NCBI GenBank assembly: GCA_000708835.1
Contig: DF237030.1
Location: forward strand, 62,001-126,000
From: Klebsormidium nitens
Lineage: Eukaryota > Plantae > Klebsormidiophyceae
DNA length: 64,000 bases
Direction: 5' to 3'
The notes beneath the pieces are model-generated. The model worked only from the letters and a program-made list of their open reading frames with translations. It made no database searches and was not told where the DNA came from. Below are positions 59,291 through 64,000 of the stretch, piece after piece (position 1 is the stretch's first letter; each line of letters begins with the position of its first letter). A program made the position numbers and the translations under genes.

Positions 59291-62200
59291 ATGATGGCGT
59301 CATCTACCGTCGCCCTGAGCTCCTCTCTTGGAGCATTCGTTGGTAATTGTTCGGTCGAGAAGGTCCACAGGAGGAGGCCTGCTGGTGCTGCGAGGGCGCA
59401 GGGGGTCAATGGGTGCAGCCTGCGGACTCCCCTTGTAAGAAAGCAGGTAAGTGCACCATGAACCAGAATGATGATTCTGGCTTGAAACTCTGGGACTTGG
59501 GTATCAGGATAAAGCCTTATCTCACAGGTGACAGATATTGACTGTTCTTGTGTCCTAATCAGTCAGATCCGCACAAAAAATTATTGTCTCCACTCCTCTT
59601 GCCCATTCAGTTGATGCAGATTGGCTCAAATGTGTCCAGATATTCAATCACATGGCATTGTGGAGTATGCAGGAGCTGAAGACAAGTTTGTGCTTGGTTC
59701 TTCTTATTCCTAGCAATACCCCATATTCTTGAGTAGGAGGTTGCTCTAATCCTTGCCCTTTCTAGCAACTTGTCTGGAAGGCCAGCTCATATGTGGCATT
59801 GGCTTTACAAAGATGGGAATGCGTCAAGAGGGTTGCAATCTTGAAAATGAAAAGCTCACAACTTTGAGAATTATTCCAGTAGGAGACTGGGAGTTCAAGG
59901 GGGTTTCAGTCCATTGCTGCCACACAGCGTCTGATTGCCCTTCTCACCTAACCTGTGGATCTATTTCTCAACATTCCAGTCCTTTGAGATGCCTGGAACT
60001 TTGGAAATTTGGAACTTTGATAGAATGACCGCAATTTTAGATGATAGTGTGGTCCTCTGTTCTTCAAGCTTTATGCTGTCTTGCCCTAAGAGTGCAACTT
60101 AATTTCCGCAGGAGGCTCCAACATTGTCCAAAGAAGTACACAGTAAAGTAATCCAGGCTGCCTTCAATGTCTTTGGCCTCAATGCATTGAATGTTCCTTT
60201 TCCATTGATAGTTGTCAATGAGATTCAAGAAACAGTACAATTGGCAATTGTGGATTGCTTGCGCCAATTGATTTTCATTCTCTTGGCCTCAAAGGTACTC
60301 AGTGCTGTAGGTTCCTTCAAATTCTAGGTATGCTATCCGGTGGGGTCAAAACTTAGTGTGCAGAGTTCTGAAGGTGCTCAGTTTCTTGCTTGGTTTCTCT
60401 GGTCGGTAGTACATTCCTCTTTGTTGAAATGCTTCAGAATCAGTTAAATACGGTTCCTGCGCGGCTCTTCACTGAAGCACATCGACAATCATAATTTGTT
60501 CAGTTAGCTGAGAGTCCTGGGGAAATCTGCAAAGAACTTCCTTATTCAAAACAAAAATGGTTCTCACTACATTGGACGAAGCCACAGATTATATGTTCAG
60601 CCACCACAAATGCTTGATTTATTGTTCAAGGATGACATCCTTTGATCAACTTGCTTTCTCTCGCTGTCTTTGTTCTTTTCCAACTGTGTTTGAAGGACTG
60701 GTTTGCTGGACTGAAAGAACAGCTTAAAGAAAGGATTAGGGTGCCACTATTTTTACCACTTCGCAGAGCACCTTTGTCCCCCTCAAGCTTCTTGCTTTGA
60801 TTCAGTGCTTCGCTGAAATGAAAAGGCAAACTGCAAACAATCTCTTTCAGCTTGAAAAGCTTTTCCCTTCTCAGGAAAAATTGCCTGGTCGTCAGAATCC
60901 CTGTAGCAAGATGTTAAGCAGGCTGGGGCTATCATGACCATGAGCTCATACTGTAAAACATACATTCCCGCTCTTTTGAGCCACTTGTGCATTCTCGCCA
61001 GCTCAGGCTAATCTTACTACTGAGTTCTCTCCTTGAGAATGAGTGTGCAGCGCCCCTTGCCACCATTTTTTTGACTTCTTCACCTCCTTCTGCTTTTCCT
61101 CCTTCCCCTTACATTGCCTGATTGACACATCTTTTACCCCAACCCCATTTCTCAGTCAGCAAAACCTGCAGTATATCACCATGTCCCCCTCAAAAACATG
61201 ACTAGTTTGATCCTCCTTTGCCCAGGTGGTGGACTCTAGTGCCCGTGTTCTCAATGCCGGCAGAGCCGCCTTTCTCCCCCCCCTCAAAACAAGAACTCCC
61301 GCAGCAAAGAGGGCTTTCAAGCCTCGTGCTGCAGTCGCCGTCGATGAGCGCCCGGCGCCTACCATGGCGCCCCCCCCTCCTGTAGAGGGAATGAAGACCG
61401 TGACCGTCAAAGTCCGGACCGGAGCGGAGGCGGATGCTGGCATTGGCCACAATGCTTATGTGAGTTGCTCCTTTGACAAATCCTGGTACTGTGGATCGTC
61501 GCTCCACAAGCAGATGAAAGTCTACCTTGTAAGGGGCTTGAAGTGCCGCTGCCATGTCCCTGATTGTGCCTGCGACTGGGGCACAAGCGTTGGTTCATTT
61601 CAGAGTCCAGGAAGAAGGGTCTGTAGAGGGCATCCTGACCCAATTACATGTCTCTCTGGGTGGCGGCTGGACATATCTCAACCTCTGTAGATTCAAGAAC
61701 CGTCATTGCTGCATCATCCCCTTCCCCCTCTCCAGGTGACCTTGCTAATCTTATTATACTCTCCTCCTGTATTGCATGGTGATACAATCTCCCGGTACTC
61801 AACTCCCCGGGATTATTGGAAAATGTGACCTGAGTTTCTCAAATTCCTTTGCAGTTCTACGTGGTGGGGAGCTTTTCCCACGCCCCGGACACTGGCCTTC
61901 GCTACCCAGAGGAGAGCAGCGGCTACTTTGAGCTTAAGGGCCCCTTCCGCCCTGAGACCGAGATTGGGGGCAACTTCCAGGTAGGCGAGCAGAGATGAGT
62001 GTCAGCCAAATCTGATTAGGGACTGGCAAGGTGGTTTCATCTGGCGGTCATGAGATCCTTTGGCTTTAGAGGCACAACTCAATTCCAGATTGATTCCAGT
62101 GGGATTTGTGTATGTGTCAATCAGAGGCGCCACATCGGCATCAGGTCCAGGTAAAAGAATCGGGGTCGTCTTGTCTGCTCCAGAGGGGACGTCACCCCTC

Positions 62201-63799
62201 TTTTTATGTCGCGCGCAAGTGTGGACTCCCAGTGCTTGGGTGTGTCGTCCTCAAACACCCGATTCGTACTTCTCCAGGTCCCGTTGATGTGGGATTAAGG
62301 AGTGGTTTACGACTTACAAGACACGGCCGGAAATGAAGCTTACCGCCATGTATGCTTATCACGTTCCTGATGTTCGAGCCCCCGATATCAAACGACGTAA
62401 TTTTGTATTACTGACCCTTCTCCAGGTCCCTCCTGGATGCAACATTCGAGAGGGGGTCCAAACACAATTATGGGTTCTGATTACAAGAAAATTAAGCGAC
62501 ACACTGTTGTGTTTTCAAATTCCGCCAGGTTCTCGATGGATCCAACAGCAAGGGGGTCGTCCTTTTGTACAAATAGATGAATTCCGCACAACTCACTGGA
62601 TACGGCCCCCTCAGGTAAAGCTCCTACGCCAGAAGCCAAAGTCTCTGTGTCAAGACCAAAGGACGTTACATCCTTACTGTGACTTTCTTCAGGTTCCTGC
62701 TGGCTTCAACATCAAGGGGGTGGTCCTGTACAACCCGCAAGACAACTCCCCCTGGGGCAAGTTCACGGGCGCGCTCGCCGACTTCCTGAACAAGGACAAT
62801 CTGACGTTTGGCGGGAACTATCTCAACATTGCCGTCAAGCTCTTCGGGATGGGCTGGATCACAACAGGGCAGGTGAGGGAGAGCCGTCCACAGTGACAAT
62901 GTTTTGAGCAGTCATTGGTCTGACCTGTCACATGAGGTCGGACAGAGGCACTCTCTCGTGAGGCACGTGTTGGTGGATGAAAGAGAATGTCAAGGAGACA
63001 GGATCGATCACAAACGAAGCCAAGCGTCTAGAGGTTAGGACGTAAACAGCGTGTTGGACGAAAGAATACAAACAATAGCCGGAGACGATTGAAAGTGAAC
63101 CAGTAACAGGAAAAGTAAAAGGGAAACGTAGTGAAAGCAAACGAGGTCCAGAAGTCTCTGCGCAGTGGTACGTAAAGACGCGTTGGTGGATGGAGAAGGA
63201 CGATAAGGAGACAGACTCGATCACGCTAAAGCAGAACAACGCGAACCAACAAAGATCACACCATTTGCACGTAGCAGTATGTAAGAACATGTTGACGAAC
63301 AGAGAAGAGATGGTAAGAGAAAGCGCGATCAGAATACACTGAAGAAGACACAGTAACATATGCAAGTTCGATTCTCTCCTGCGCAGTCGTACGTGAACGA
63401 CCTGTTGTTGGACGGATGAATAGTAACAGAAAGGGAAATGGAATTGTTGTTCAAAAATAAGCAAACCACCTGCGAACTAACAAACACTGAGTTATATTCG
63501 CGGAGTGGTAGGTGAACGTTGTGTTGGTGACGTGCGAAGCAGGATGGACCGCCAGAGTCGATGAAAGCGAATTGGAAAAAACAGCAGAACCAAACACGTT
63601 GGTTTTTCCCGCGCAGTGGTACGTGAACGATGTTTTGGTGGACGGCCACGAGTTTCCGGTGTACAGCTGGGTTCTCGACAACGAGTCCCAGATTGCGTTC
63701 ACCGGCAAGGCGCACCTGCCGCAGGACACGCCTCCCGGCCTGCGCCATTGGCGCCGCCTCAAGCTCATCCAGAACCAAGACATGTACGACTACCAGCCG
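59291..63799 (+). CDS. LOX: 5' part of a lipoxygenase-like gene (transit-peptide-like leader + PLAT/LH2 domain + start of the LOX domain); continues beyond the window
   Basis: Exons 59291-59446, 61226-61459, 61855-61980, 62693-62872, 63617-63799, all phase 0. A Ser/Ala/Arg-rich leader of about 90 aa is followed by VTVKVRTG..AG....Y.YVVGS, WYVNDVLV, EFPVYSWV, GKAHLPQDTP, HWRRLKL..Q..YDY, which matches the PLAT-to-LOX junction. The iron-ligand motifs are not in the window. Confidence 0.7.
62260..62730 (+). repeat. Degenerate tandem copies of the acceptor plus start of LOX exon 4, inside intron 3
   Basis: CAG|GT(C/T)C junctions followed by exon-4-like sequence (..CAACA..(A)AGGGGGT..TCC; clearest in the 62425 and 62528 copies) end at 62277, 62425, 62528 and the true site at 62692. 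Confidence 0.75.
62940..63650 (+). repeat. At least five tandem units of about 110 bp containing the acceptor plus start of LOX exon 5, inside intron 4
   Basis: Variants of GCGCAG|TGGTACGTGAACGATGTTTTGGTGGACGG have AG ending at 63165, about 63277, 63386, 63505 and the true site at 63616. Weaker copies lie near 62960 and 63040. Confidence 0.8.
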
Positions 63800-64000
63800 G
63801 TAAGTTTCGCGTGGCTTTTCTGGGGGGTGAAACACTGCAAGTATCAGCCCCTGCATTTCTATGCGCTTTCTGGATGAAAGGAAACATAACATTAAGTCGC
63901 TTAAAATCGAAAGATGGTCCTTTGGAAGCGCGCTTTTGGGGAATGCGAAGCCGTTTCAGGACCCGGATGTGTCTGACTATCAGCCCGTGAGTTTGTCGTG

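Overview
This window is eukaryotic, intron-rich nuclear DNA, so the ORF track is fragmented. Gene content points to a streptophyte green alga or early-diverging plant; Klebsormidium-like is my inference. I assembled ten spliced genes by hand using GT/GC-AG sites and reading-frame phase. In order: (+) 3' part of an ASHH3-like SET methyltransferase carrying three Tudor-like repeats; (-) GET4; (+) TenA paralog 1; (-) plant-type tandem D-Ala-D-Ala ligase; (+) ePHD-AAA+ ATPase (At3g15120/BRP1-like); (-) L-galactose dehydrogenase with a possible N-terminal membrane anchor; (+) HD-Zip I-like transcription factor; (-) TenA paralog 2; (+) PhyH-family Fe(II)/2OG dioxygenase; (+) 5' part of a PLAT-lipoxygenase-like gene. 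Non-coding features include a 493-bp Tourist/PIF-Harbinger-like MITE, telobox promoters, palindrome-rich islands in every tail-to-tail gap, and many intronic tandem duplications that copy a splice site plus adjacent exon sequence. No rRNA, tRNA or CRISPR array was seen. The best leads are: the splice-site-anchored duplications; a putatively plastid-targeted LOX with animal-type PLAT spacing; two HAD-less TH2-like TenA paralogs, one with altered pocket residues; and the GalDH N-terminal extension. All homology calls are from recalled family sequences, not database searches.
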